This document shows positions 51,318-64,000 of a stretch of 64,000 bases of DNA, in pieces. The stretch spans positions 67,642,001 to 67,706,000 of the forward strand of contig NC_043000.1 in the NCBI RefSeq assembly GCF_006345805.1, in the 5' to 3' direction. The first letter of the stretch is position 1, and every line of letters starts with the position of its first letter. Under the pieces are notes generated by a model. The model ran no database searches. It saw nothing but the letters and a program-made list of their open reading frames with translations, and was not told the DNA's origin. The position numbers and the translations under genes are program-made. Source of the stretch: Octopus sinensis. Its lineage: Eukaryota.

Positions 51318-53905
51318 AATTGCAAGAGAAACGAAACCAGTGGTATTTGTCTGGGATAAAGGCTTCTTAGAACATACTAAAAGTTCACAAAATCATCAGA
51401 GTGGAACATGCTGAAATAACACAATGAAAAAGCATCACTATTTTAGCATTTTTTAACTTGGTGCAACTTCAAATGGGCATAACTTCTTAACTAATCAAGA
51501 TAATCCAAAACAAATAACACCTTTACCTATGTTTTCATGGGTAATCTTTCAAGTAAAGTATTAAAAATTAGTTATCTCCTCCACCCATAAAGTTAAACAT
51601 TACTTACCCCCAAACCCCGCTTCCGCACACATACACGTCCACAATAAAATTGTTTACCACAAGATAAGATAAAAATCTTAATCCCAAGTGCTTTTGTTTA
51701 TATTGACATCATCAGGGGATAAGAAAAAATAAAATACATACTTAGGCACAAGTATATGCTGTACAGTAAAAGCTTACAGTCCGTCAGTTCAATTACCTAT
51801 TTAGTCAGATTTAGCTGTTATCTCCATCCTCAGCATTGTCATAGTCATTGTCCCACAACCTGATTTGCAGGCATACCGCACTAGAGTCAACAATGACCGC
51901 GGTGCAGGGGCACGATCAGAGATGACTGGTTTAAACGTTCCATCTGAAAGCTTCCATCCCCAGTTTTCAGCATTCAGCGTGTTCTCCTACCGCTCTTTGA
52001 CTTGGTGGTAGACACATAGATTATGGTACTTCGTAGCTACTGATATTGATGACAACATGTTAAGGAGAAATGCCTTATTTTTCGTGGTGACAATGGCTTG
52101 GAATCGGCGATATCTAACATCATCAAGGGAATTGCTGGAGTTCCACTTATAGAAAATGGCTATTGCCTTCTCATCAGCCGTGAAGATATCGTTCTTTGTT
52201 GCCCTTGTATTCCTCAACACCTCCGCCTATTCCCGAAATGCCTCGCTGTCTTGAATAAGTTTGAAACCTGCCGCCTTCCCGATCCCAAAAACCCTGGATG
52301 TGATATCACACCCCAAGAAAGCATGCACAAAGAGAATGTGCCTGCACACCTGGACCCCAAGCTTATGCTTGATCGAATTAATAGCCATGTACCTGACTTT
52401 TGCTCCTTTCTTTGGTTCAGGTCGGAAGTGGATGTCATGTTTGTTTTCTCCTGCAAGGTGGATGAGGAGAATAAGTAGGTCTGTGTCGTCTCCAACTAAC
52501 ACAGTTTCTCTGTCCTCAGAGATTCTCACTGCAGTTTAGATAATAAGAGTATCTGCATCTCCTCTTACATGGATAACTTCACAGACTTCTTTGGCCAGGG
52601 CTTCTCCCAAAAGTTCAAGAAAGCGTTGATTGTTCTCTTGGTCTGAGAGGAATTCCATCTTTTTTAACTGGAGCTCCGCAGACAGATGGAATGTTACCTT
52701 CCTACTCTCACACTCTATTCGGCGCTGATGTGTGCTGTCTTAACCATCAAACGCAACCACTACCTGACAAAGTGTTTTGTAACATATCCGGTATAGTCCT
52801 GCAATATCTTGTATGTTTCACCAAGTTGCCATAGAAAGCGATGGAGAAGATTGCTTGGTTGTGGGTTACCTTGGATAAGATGGCGTCAGCTACTTGTGTC
52901 TTTACAGCTTTCAGGAGCATTCGGAAGATCATTCTCCTGAAATCCTGCAATGATTAGTCGTTAAAACAGAAGAAGCGGATCAATCTGTACTTCCTCATCA
53001 CCTATCTTGACTGCCGACTTAGAGTCAAAAGAAATGGCTTGGGCTTTCCTTTTGAAACTGTATTTGACCACATACTGTCCAACCATTTCATCAAGAATGT
53101 CATAACCGATCCTTTTTGCATCATCCACATTAAGCTGGAAACCAACCGAGATTCCGCTGACTATGTTACGGAGGGATGAGTCCGTTTCGAATGGAAGAAC
53201 GTTTCTGCTTAAACCGTTCTGTTTCACTCGGATGACAAAATTTCTTTCTACATTCTCAGTGAACACCACTCGGTTTCACCACAATACTAGATTCACGTTG
53301 AAAACTTGCTTTTACTATACCTTCACAACCTTTATCACCCAGTGTGATTGTTGCTCCATCTGTCAGTTTCTTGTTACAAAATACGCAGTATGCCATGATG
53401 ACACTGTAAAGAAAATGGTTGAATATTAATATAGGCCTTAAGAGAGACGTTATGGGAAAACCTACATGTAGTTATGTAGTTATGGATATTAATATCTTTA
53501 CTGATGTCATACATGCAGCACAGACATCCCAACTTTAGAATCCAATGCTTGGACATGCCATATTATACACATTTCTTATACCAATCGTATAGCACACAAT
53601 GCCGGTGAAAAGGTTAAACTGGGGTGCGGCTACTCCTGGTAACTGTATAAGGCAACCCAAAATCTCTTGGCAGACATTTCCATGTCAAAGATATATCAGA
53701 AAAACATACGTTAAAACATCAAAACTTGATAGCTTCATAAGAAGTATTGCTGTTCCTGTCTGTACCTTGGTCGTCTAATCCTGAAATCTTAAAGTTTAAC
53801 CCTGAAAAAATATCGTTCCACTCAAAAGATTTTGTGGGACTTCCAGTATATCATGAAGGGTACCCTACTGAACAAATCTCAACTGGTTTCGTTTCTGCTG
53901 CAATT
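51318..53905 (-). mobile_element. Internally deleted Academ-type (XPG-nuclease-encoding) DNA transposon
   Basis: VGDDTDLLILL and HAFLGCDITSRVFGIGK (XPG/FEN1-like H3TH), H-x-LCVYHQV...WGW...CKSGC Cys-rich end, QIDPLLLF; imperfect inverted repeats of about 90 bp at 51318-51407 / 53815-53905. Confidence 0.7.
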
Positions 53906-54344
53906 AAATATTGAGTTCTGAGGAATATTAGCTAATTTGACTTGGCTATTGCTTTAGATACCTAAGTAGTCTTGAGCAGATATAGATACTCTTCTGGCTG
54001 CTGCAGTCTGAACCGGGCGTAACTACCAGGTCAGGACAGCTTGAAAATGGGCAGGTGACACCTGTTCAGTTTTAGGTCAGGAGTAATATAATATGAAGCG
54101 CTCTCCTCAAGGATACAACGCATCCCACCGCCTGACCCACGAACCGATCATATGACTACGTGATTGTGAAATCAACAACTTAGTCACTAGGCCCCCGCGC
54201 TTTCGTACACACGCACGCATACACACGCTTATGCGCACATGCATACACTCACGCGCGCGCTCTCACATACACACATACAGTGATGAAATGGGACTGGTTC
54301 GCACATATTTGAGTGAACATGTAAAATTCTTTTTATTTTGTTTT

Positions 54345-54408
<64 letters not shown>

Positions 54409-54944
54409 CGCGCGCGTGTGTGTTAATGAGAACTGGACGCTAAAGAAAGTCTGAGAAATGTTATGATGTCAAGCATGCTACAAAGTCAGATGACCCTGAC
54501 TCCCCGTCCCCATGCGAACCCTGCATTTGGCTCTTTAATGTTTTGAAATAAAGGTTAATCACTGAGTTTTCTGCCTAAAATGTTCTCTTTTCAAAATATC
54601 ATAGAAAGATTGCTAAAGTTTATTTGTAGTGACTAGAATAAGAATTGTACATGTGTTTATGTGTGTACACGTATGTATTAATACATAGAGCAAGATGCAT
54701 GTATGTGTGTGTATTTGTGTGTGTGTCTGTGAGTGTGTAATGTGGTACAGTTATAATTGTGTGTTTGTGCATGCGTTCCCCTCCCACCTTTAGCTGATTG
54801 CCTCTTGCCTCTTTTATCTTATAACTTGTTTCAGTCATTAGACTACGGCCATGCTGGGGCTCCGCCTTGAAGAATTTTTAGTCGAATGAATCGACCCCTG
54901 CACTTTTTTTTCTGGGACTTCTCAATTACGGTTTCAAATTTTAG

Positions 54945-55725
54945 GGTGACGAGCTGGCAGAATCGTTAGCAAGCCGGACGAAATGCTTAGCGGCATTTTG
55001 CCCGTCTTCACGTTCTAAGTTCAAATTCCGCTGAGCTCGACTTTGTCTTTCATCTTTTCGGGGTTGATAAAATAAATATCATTTGAGCACTGGGGTTAGT
55101 GTACTCACTTGCTCCCTTCCCCAAACTTGCTGACCCTGTGCCACAATTTGAAACCAATGATGGTTTCAAATTTTGATGAAAGGACAGAATTTTTAAGGGA
55201 GAAGGTGCAATTCGATTACATCGACCTCAGTATTCAACTGGTACTTATTTTATCTAACTCCGAAAAGATAAAATGCAAAGTCGACCTCGGCGGAATTTGA
55301 ATTCAGGACGCAATGAACCGAGAGAAATGCCGCTGATCATTTTATCCGACTTGTTAATGAGCAATATCACCACCTGATACTGCTTTGCCTTTGGTCCTTT
55401 CAGAGTCGATGAAATAAGTACCAGTTGAGCATCGGGGTGAATATAATCAACACACCCCACTCTCCGAAATTGCTAGCCTTGTGCCAAAATTTTAACCAAT
55501 AATACAGGTAGGAAAAAGGCAGTGAACTTGCAGAACCGTTCGCTCGCCGAGCAAAATGCTTATCGGTATCTCAACCGTCTTTAGGCTCTGAGTTGTTCAA
55601 ATTCCGCCGAGGTTGACCTTACTTTTCATCCTTTCAGGGTCGATAAAATAAGTACCAATTGAGCCCTGAGGTCGATGTTATCAACTTATCTCCCTCCCCA
55701 AAATTGCTGGCTTTAGGTAAAAAGT
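54945..55725. mobile_element. Cluster of four SINE family A copies in mixed orientation
   Basis: Core motif at about 54945(+), 55165(-), 55370(+, partial) and 55515(+). Confidence 0.8.
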
Positions 55726-56521
55726 TGCTGAATGAGAAATCAATAAAAACAGTTCAGGAAATTTCTTTTCCGAAACAAATGAAGGAACATTCTGAAACGA
55801 AATTGGTTGTAAAAGTAAATTATTTATACAACTTTTGGCGAAATTAAAGATAAAAAAAAAGATTTTGAACGTAGGTAAGACTTATGATACTGTCAGTAGA
55901 AAAAGAACTTTTGTCACACATGAAGCATAAATTAAAACTCCAAAAATCAATTAAGGAAACTCTCATTGCAGACCATATTAACCAATCAATAAGAAATGGA
56001 ATTTTTCAGAAAAATTATTTTAAACGGATCAAAAGTGTATGTTATTATTGACTTCATTAATATCCAGGAAAACTGTTCATTTGAAAAAATAAAATTAAAT
56101 AAGATAAGTTATCAACAATAATGTTTCTGAATTTGATAGAATAACGTCAGATAGTATTTATAGTGTGTTACCACGAACCTTGGAGATTAAACTCTGAATA
56201 TTTACAGAAGAATTTGATCGCATAGTTTGATTCATCGATTAAAACTTGTTTTAGATGATGCTATAAATAAAGGTAATGAAAATAGACTATTTCAAGAATA
56301 GTTTCGACGAGGTTTCTGCTATTTTGTCATCTGTCATAAACTGCAACGTTACAACTATTAAATGATGTTCAGTTATTTTCCTCCAGTCTCAACTCTAAGC
56401 ATTATTATTCCGTGTAATGGTATATTATGTGTCTGTATAAATATGTTTGTATGCGTATGTATATGTATGTATATGTGTGTGTGTGTGCACGCGTATGTAT
56501 ACGTAAATATGTATATGTATG

Positions 56522-56570
<49 letters not shown>

Positions 56571-57004
56571 GTGTGTGTGTGTGTTTTCAATCTTCTGGTT
56601 ACGGTATCCCTATAGTGTATATAATGTGTGTATGCGCGTGTGTGTGTTTCAGAGAGAGACAGACAGACAAAGACGGAGATACAGATAAACAGAGAGACAC
56701 AGGGAGAGAAAGGGAGAGAGAGAGCGGGGCAGAGTCCTTGCGTTGCGTCGTTGAATGAGTGTATCACGATGAAACGACTCAAAGAAGCCAATGTTTCGAG
56801 CATCGTCTGATTCCCTTTTCGAGAGTGCAAATGTTGCCTGAGAGACTACCAGTAAAGTTTGTAACGTAGATCATCGTAAGCTTCCAACAAATCCAAGAAA
56901 CCAAGGCATATAAAACAATTTAAATTATTTTTTTAAATTAGATTTAAATTATTAGAGACGTTGATTTTTATGCTCCTAATAATATCTTATTATTAGATTT
57001 AAAT

Positions 57005-58830
57005 ATCGTCTGTCGCTATGTTCTCAGTTCAAATTCCGCCGAGTTGACTTTGCCTTTCATCTTTGGGGGTCAATGAAATAAGTATCAGTCAAGCACTGGA
57101 GTCGATGTGATCGACAAGTCCCCTCACACTAAATTTCACGCCTTGTGCCTTTAGTAGAAAAGATTATTAAATTTTAATATAAGGCGGCGAGATGGCAGAA
57201 TCGTTAGCACGATGGGCGAAGTGCTGGCGGCATTTCGTACGTCTTTCCGTTCTGAGTTCAAATTTCACCGAGGTCGACTTTGCCTATCATCTTCCCGGGT
57301 CAATAAAATAAGTAGCAGTTGGACACTGGAATCGATTTAATCGATTTACATGCTCCCCGAAATTGCTGGCCTTGTTCCCGAATTTGAAATAAATTTTAAA
57401 ATTGAATTTAAGGCGGCGAGCTGGCAGAATCGTTAGCACGCCGGACGAAATGCTTTGCGGCATTTCTTCATGCTTTACGCTCTGAGTTCGAATCAAATTC
57501 CGCCGAGGTCGATAAAATAAGTACCAGCTAAGCACTGAGGGGCGGAGTAATCGACTATCCCCGACCCCGAAAATTTCAGGTTTTGTGCCTATAGTAGAAA
57601 GGATTATTAAATATGAATTTAGTTATAATTTCAATGACATACGACATTGGCATACCAGATTCATTAGTAAGTACTTTTATCATTGAATATTTTTGTTTCT
57701 TAAGGCGGTAAGCTGGCAGAAACGTTAGCAAGCCGGGCGAAATGCTTAGCGGTATTTCGTCTGCCGCTACGTTCTGAGTTCAAATTCCGCTGAGGTCGAC
57801 TTTGCCTTTCATCCTTTTGGGGTCGATTAAATAAGTACCAGTTACGCACTGGGGTCGATATAATCGACTTAATCCGTTTGTATGTCCTTGTTTATCCCCT
57901 CTCTGTGTTTAGCCCCTTGTGGGTAGTAAAGAAATAGGTATTTCGTCTGTCGTTACGTTCTGAGTTCAAATTCCGCCGGGGTCGACTTTGCCTTTCATCC
58001 TTTCGGGATCGATAAATTAAGTACCAGTTGCGTACTAGGGTCGATCTAATCGACTGGCCCCTTCCCAAAAAAAATTTCGGGCCTAGTGCCTAGAGTAGAA
58101 AAGAATATTTTTGTTTCTTAAATAATTTCATTATTACTGTATACTGAAAGGTAGTGAGCTGATAGACTCGTTAGCACGCCGGACAAAATGCTTCGTTACA
58201 CTTATTCGAGCTCTACGTTTTCAGTTCAAATTCCACCGAGGTTGACATTGTCTTTAGTACTTTCAGGAGTCGATAACATAAGAACTTGTTGAGCACCGGG
58301 CATAGCACAGTGGTAAGAAGTTTACTTCACAACCACATGGTTCCGGGTTCAGTTTCATTGCGTGGCATCTTGAACAAGTGTTTTCTACAATAGCCTCGAG
58401 CCAACCAAAGCCCTGTGAGTGGATTTCGTAGACGGAAGCCGAAAGAAACCCGTTGCATATATATATATATATATGTATCTATCTGCGGGTGTGTATGCCT
58501 TTGGGCATGTATTTGTCCCCCACCACCGCTTGACAACCGGCTTTGGTGTGTTTATGTTCCCATAACACAGTGGTTCGGCAAGGAAAACCGATAGAACAAG
58601 TACCAGGCTTAAAATAAAAATTAAGTACAAGGCGGTGAGCTGGACAAAATGCTTTGCGATGTTTCTTCTGGCTTTACGTCCTGATTTCAAATTTTGCTAA
58701 GGTCGAATTTTGCCTTTCATCTCTTCGGGGTAATTAAAATAAAGTACCAGTCAAGTACCTGAGTAGATGTAATTGATTAGCTCCCTCCACCAAGTTTTCG
58801 GGACTTATGCCGATCGTAGAAAGAATTATT
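57005..58830 (+). mobile_element. Dense same-strand array of about seven SINE family A copies plus one family B copy
   Basis: Heads or cores at about 57005, 57181, 57411, 57702, 57935, 58148 and 58628; family B at about 58297-58620. Confidence 0.85.
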
Positions 58831-59361
58831 ATCGTCGTCATTATGATTATGATCATCATCATCACAATGGGTTGCAGCGTAAATATGGGAGTGCATTTAT
58901 GACTGTATAATTTCATGTAAAATTGTCGGAACTCTATCAAACGTTGGCTCGAAACGTCTTCATTGTCATTCAAACTGCTCCAAATAACAGTTAAATCTTC
59001 CTGGAAGTAAAACCCATCATGTTAAACCAAGAAGAGCAAATAGGATAACAACGATGTCCCAGATATAGGCAAGATACACAATAGACAAGATGATCAAGAC
59101 TGAAATAGCTGTGGTCGTGTATTTGGTTCGTTCAGGACTGATTTGGAGCTAAATAACGGCAGCAACAACTTGCCAAAAGTCAGCTCAATAAAAACTGCAA
59201 AATTTGAAAAATGTACTTAAAATGTACCTTTACATTTTATTTTTATTTTTCCCTTCTATTTAACAATTTTTGCTTGGGGCCATTAAATATGTGAAGTTAC
59301 TCGTGTGTGTGGAAATGTGTCTTGTAATTGCACAAACTGGAACTATAAAAAGGTGTTAAAG

Positions 59362-59396
<35 letters not shown>

Positions 59397-59623
59397 GTGG
59401 TAGGCGCGTAAGCAAGCTAAGAAACGTATGGAAATATTTGAGAAGGGCTAAAAAATCATTGATTAAAAATTTTGCACAAACGGAACAAAAATGGATATAA
59501 CTGAAGATTATATAATGTAGGAAAATGAATTTTATAAGATACAGAAAAACGAGTCATACTTTGAAAAGAGAATATTTTACGAAGTTTCTTTCACTTTTTC
59601 ACCAAATTATTTTATTTTTGTAG

Positions 59624-59767
59624 GTATCCGAGTTCTTCCAGCAATGACTAATCTTCTAAGTATATCAGCAATAATTGTTGCTGGTATTTGTATATATTAT
59701 ATGGTGAAGGAACCAACACTTCCAGCTTTAGTAGAGAAAGCAGATCCTGTTTATGATTATATCATAA
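59624..59767 (+). CDS. First coding exon of a probable GMC (glucose-methanol-choline) FAD oxidoreductase; ATG at 59644; gene continues beyond the window
   Basis: Polypyrimidine tract and TAG acceptor at 59621-59623; MTNLLSISAIIVAGICIYYMVKEPTLPALVEKADPVYDYII (signal anchor then YDYII preceding the GxGxxG FAD motif); consensus A|GTAAGT donor after 59767, phase 1. Confidence 0.75.
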
Positions 59768-59949
59768 GTAAGTAGTTCTTTTACTATTAATATTAAGCAT
59801 GATATGCATTATTTAAAATAGATATAAACTGAGACATAAATCAAATTCGTTGTATAAATAAGAGGAGATTGGTGTTAATTCCATTCTTTCAATTCAACGT
59901 AAAAGATGTCATAATTAGCAGTTTTCTCAAAAGATCACTTTTGTCTTTT

Positions 59950-60335
59950 ATTTTTTTACTTGTTTCAGTCAGTGGACTACGGCCATTCTGGAACACCATC
60001 TTGAAGGGTTTAGTCAATCAAATCTACCCTAGACCTTTTTTTAAAGCCTGGTACTTATTCTATTGGTCTCTTTTTCTGTACCACTTAGATACGGGGGGGG
60101 GCATAAACGAGCCAATATTGGTTGTCGAGCGGTAGTGGGAAACAAATACGCACACACACGCACGCACACACACACATACACACACACACAAACACACACA
60201 CACGCACGCACGCACACACACGCACACACACAAGACCATACCAGAAGACACTTGCCCAAGGTGCCAGGTTATAAGATTGAACCCAGAACCATATGGTTGA
60301 AAACAAACTTCTTACCACACAGTCACGCCTGCGTC
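59950..60335 (-). mobile_element. SINE family B copy in the first intron
   Basis: Reverse complement of family B head and tail with an internal CA repeat. Confidence 0.75.
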
Positions 60336-60667
60336 TACCTCTATGTATTCTGGAGCGAATACCCTTCGATATACTAAACAATACATATCCAATTGATACC
60401 TCTTACACCAGAATGTATCTTTATTCTATGCAGAACGATGGATCTGCTTGCATTCAACATCACTTTCCCTCAGTACAGAGTACTACATAACTATTATTAC
60501 CCTCTTCTCACCTTGATGTACTACTTAACCATTCTTTCTGATCATGGATTTACCTAAAAAGACTTCATCCAACTAGATTTAATTGGGCCCTCCTACCCTC
60601 CTGGGCATAAGAAACCACAACAAATATCATTGATGAGGAGCATTATTTCCTCTGTCTAACCTATATT

Positions 60668-60748
60668 TCTCCGATGACGGTATACCCGGCTTATAGAGTC
60701 TTCGCTCGATACGACACTTCAATAGAATCCTAGAAACAGCTGTCAGAG
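60668..60748 (+). ncRNA. Hammerhead-like motif with extended stem II region
   Basis: tct-CCGATGA-(55 nt)-GAAA-cagct-GTC-aga; shares the GAAACAGCTGT stem III with 3907 and 13644. Confidence 0.4.
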
Positions 60749-62254
60749 ACTACCTTTACCTGTTTTGTACTATTTTTACCATTCGTTATGGAACTAAATG
60801 TTTAGACTAAATCAAATGCCCTAGTTCTGCCTTGACTAATTGTTTGCCTTTCCTCAGTACTTTAACCTATACCTACTGACTCAAAGGGAAGCCAGTATTA
60901 GCCGTTTTTGAACAAGTCATTCAAAGTCATCACACTGTCTTTGCCTTAAACTGGTTGATTCATATTTGCTATACTTCTTTCTAACTGGCGTCAGTTAATT
61001 CAAATACTGCTGTTTTATTGGCGTTTTTCCTTCGCCAATAAATTATGTAAAAATGAAGCGGCATTTTTATATAATTTACTTTTGTCAATTTGTACAATTA
61101 GTTATAAAAAAAAAACTTGTCAAAACCTTTTTTTAATTTTATTTTTATACTTTTCGAATTGTGTCTTGGTGTTTGTTTTTTGTTGTTGTTTTTTTGTTTT
61201 TTGTTTTTTTTTCTTCTTTTTGTGTAAGATAGGAGAACCAGCAGCAAAATAGCAGACGCACGAGTGATAATATTTTTAATTAACTGAAACCAGAAAAGTG
61301 CAGGAGAAGAAGAGGTGGAAGATTTTAAACATATTACAATTGAAGTTGGAAATTATATAAGAAGAATGTGCTGTTGAAAATATGTTGCTTCATTCAAGAG
61401 TAAAAGTGCATACCCTCCTTAGATTCTAATACCCTCTACGAAGAAAATTCTATATGGAACAGATATTGTTACATTTCAGGATGGTAAAAATAAATGACTA
61501 TCCCGAAATATAACAATATCTATACTGAACTTTCTATATTTACTCCCTATTATAGACAATATGTTGGAAGGGAGTTGAAGTACTCGTATGAAGGAGATGC
61601 AAACTTATCTTTAAACTTTAAAAACAATCAGCTATCTTCCTCTTATGTTTTTCCAACTACAGTTGAGTTGACATTTAAGTATCAAAAGAGGAAACGTGAC
61701 TACCGTGGACTGTATCTTTACTAACAATCAAGCAAGCATTAATCCTGTCAGTTCAGAAATAGAGATCGATAGTGAGGCGGTTTTAGCGAGGTCTACTCAC
61801 TATACAAAAACGACAATTTATCATCAGTAGAGCAAAAGATTTGAGTCTACACCTTGAAACTCTGGAAACCCAACAATTCTGTGGCTCTATAAAAGTTGAA
61901 CAACAAATCCTTTCCTTAAAGCGCAAAAAATTTAAATTACCTTTTTCAGACTCAGCATAAATCCATTAGAGAAGATCCCAATTCTGCATGTATATGACAG
62001 GGTCCTGTGAGAGAGAAAAGAAAACAGCTCTTCAAATATTTTGCTGTTACCAAACATGCTGTCCAAAAGCAACCTAGTCTTTCATTTAATATTTCCCTTA
62101 CTTTTTTCGATCCGAAACTATCCGAAAGGCATATTAATTAAATTCTAACGTCAGCTTCAATATATTTAAGCTTGCATTTTTACTCCTATACTCTTTCAAG
62201 TTCAAATTAATGAAGAACATCATCGTTTCTGCGCTCGCATTTTTTCGGATAGCG

Positions 62255-62338
<84 letters not shown>

Positions 62339-62615
62339 CATACATACATACATACATACATACATACATACATACATACATACATACATACATACATACA
62401 TACATACATACATACATACATTAGCAAATACTTATATACTTATAGGCATATACATATATAATCAATCATTAGGATTTTTCATCAGTAAATGTTTGCTGTG
62501 TTTTTCATTTCATCGGTTAACAATTCTAGCACTAATGTTTGAGTTCGAGCAGTTGCTAACACATGCACACACTCACACATAAACACACACACACATACAC
62601 ACACACACACACACA

Positions 62616-62675
<60 letters not shown>

Positions 62676-63106
62676 ATATTGATTTAGAGAGAGATGGACA
62701 GATAGACAGAAGCAGGGTGACAGAGACAGATTGAGCATTGCGTGTTTTTGTCACATAAAATAATAGATATTCTCCTTTTACGTTAATCAGTCTTGTGTAT
62801 GTATAAAATTTATATCTGAAAATTGTGAACACATTAACGACTTTATATTCATTGTTGGTTGAAATTGCTCCACTAACACCGTGACAAGGGAAACAGGCCA
62901 TATAACGGGCGTATATTGAATGTACAAATAGAGTTTCTGCATTTCGTTCCTCTGATATGTGTAGTGGTTCACATAAAACCTCCTGGGTCCGAGAGTGTTA
63001 TTTATATGAATAATTATATTTATTTATATTTATTAAAATAGCTTCCATTATCTCAAATATAGGTCTGTGTGTCGAGAAATCTGCTTGTTTTCTATGATAT
63101 ATATAT

Positions 63107-63164
<58 letters not shown>

Positions 63165-64000
63165 CATACATACATACATACATACACATATACGTGTGTT
63201 TGTGCGTATGACCGTATATATATATACATATATATATATAATATATATATATGATATATATATATATCGTATATATATAATATATATTATATATGTCTCA
63301 TATCTATATATATATATGCATGTGTATATATTATATATATACATTCACAAATGATTGTATAAATGATTACACGCATACGTATGTACATACATACATATCT
63401 ATATCTATCTATCTGTCAATATATATATATACAGGCAGATGTGTGGAATGAGTAAGGGAGAAACAGAGAGAAAGAGAGGGAAAGAAAGAAAGGCAGGGAA
63501 GCCTCATATATATAAGATATGCGGAAATTTTTGCCACAGATGGAAAATCTGTTTTTATTGTATTTTAATATATATTTCTGAGATGTAAATATAAAATGTC
63601 CCTCACAACGTTACTTTGAAATAAATTAATTTAACTTTAAAATAGTATATAAGGTTATAAATACAGTTTACTACATACTGTTACTTAGAGTTTGATATCT
63701 ATGATACAGAATGATGCTCAAATGGTTTGTTTTGTGGAGCTTGTGACTTTCACAGTTTTATCAAAATAGTTCGTTCCTTTTTTCTTCTTTGTGTTTGGTG
63801 AGGATGGGGATTTGGTTTGAGTTTCGTAAGAGATTGTGGTCAACAGACTTATGACGGTTCGTTTGTTTACATTCAAATTTGCTTGATCAGAACATTATAA
63901 CTTATTCTCATGTCGACATTTAGAAGCTAGTTCCCATCTTCTGATTAATGTTTCTGTAAATTTTGGTAAGGATGATATATTCCCTTCATTGCAGAAAATT

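Noticed and set aside
63780-63900. Possible second GMC exon (VVNRL-like)
   Set aside because: No GxGxxG in any frame and in-frame stops are present.

Overview
AT-rich, microsatellite-saturated eukaryotic genomic DNA. The repeat types (two abundant tRNA-derived SINE families with internal TA/TG microsatellites, long TACA/TAGA arrays) suggest an octopus genome, which is an inference from repeat appearance and not a database match. Almost all ORFs in the supplied track are microsatellite read-throughs or transposon fragments. The only host coding sequence I can support is one spliced first coding exon (59624-59767) of a probable GMC-family FAD oxidoreductase. The rest is a transposon graveyard: Penelope-like elements (PLE, GIY-YIG), R4/Dong-type, RTE, CR1/L2 and Tx1/L1 LINE fragments, mariner, DD37D (maT-like), a Tc2/pogo-like MITE, an Academ (XPG-domain) element and Helitron-like ends. 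The most interesting signal is a set of type-I hammerhead-ribozyme folds in or near PLE pseudo-LTRs, from about five sequence families. One family has a U3-A8 compensated core and occurs three times, one is a 36-nt minimal fold with an A6U core, and one sits in a 22-bp inverted repeat fused to an RTE. There are also PLE-associated local duplications and inversions (11.8-17.5 kb). PLE hammerheads are a known class; whether these variants are new or active cannot be settled from the sequence. No CRISPR array, rRNA gene or bona fide tRNA gene was seen. Coordinates of decayed elements are approximate.
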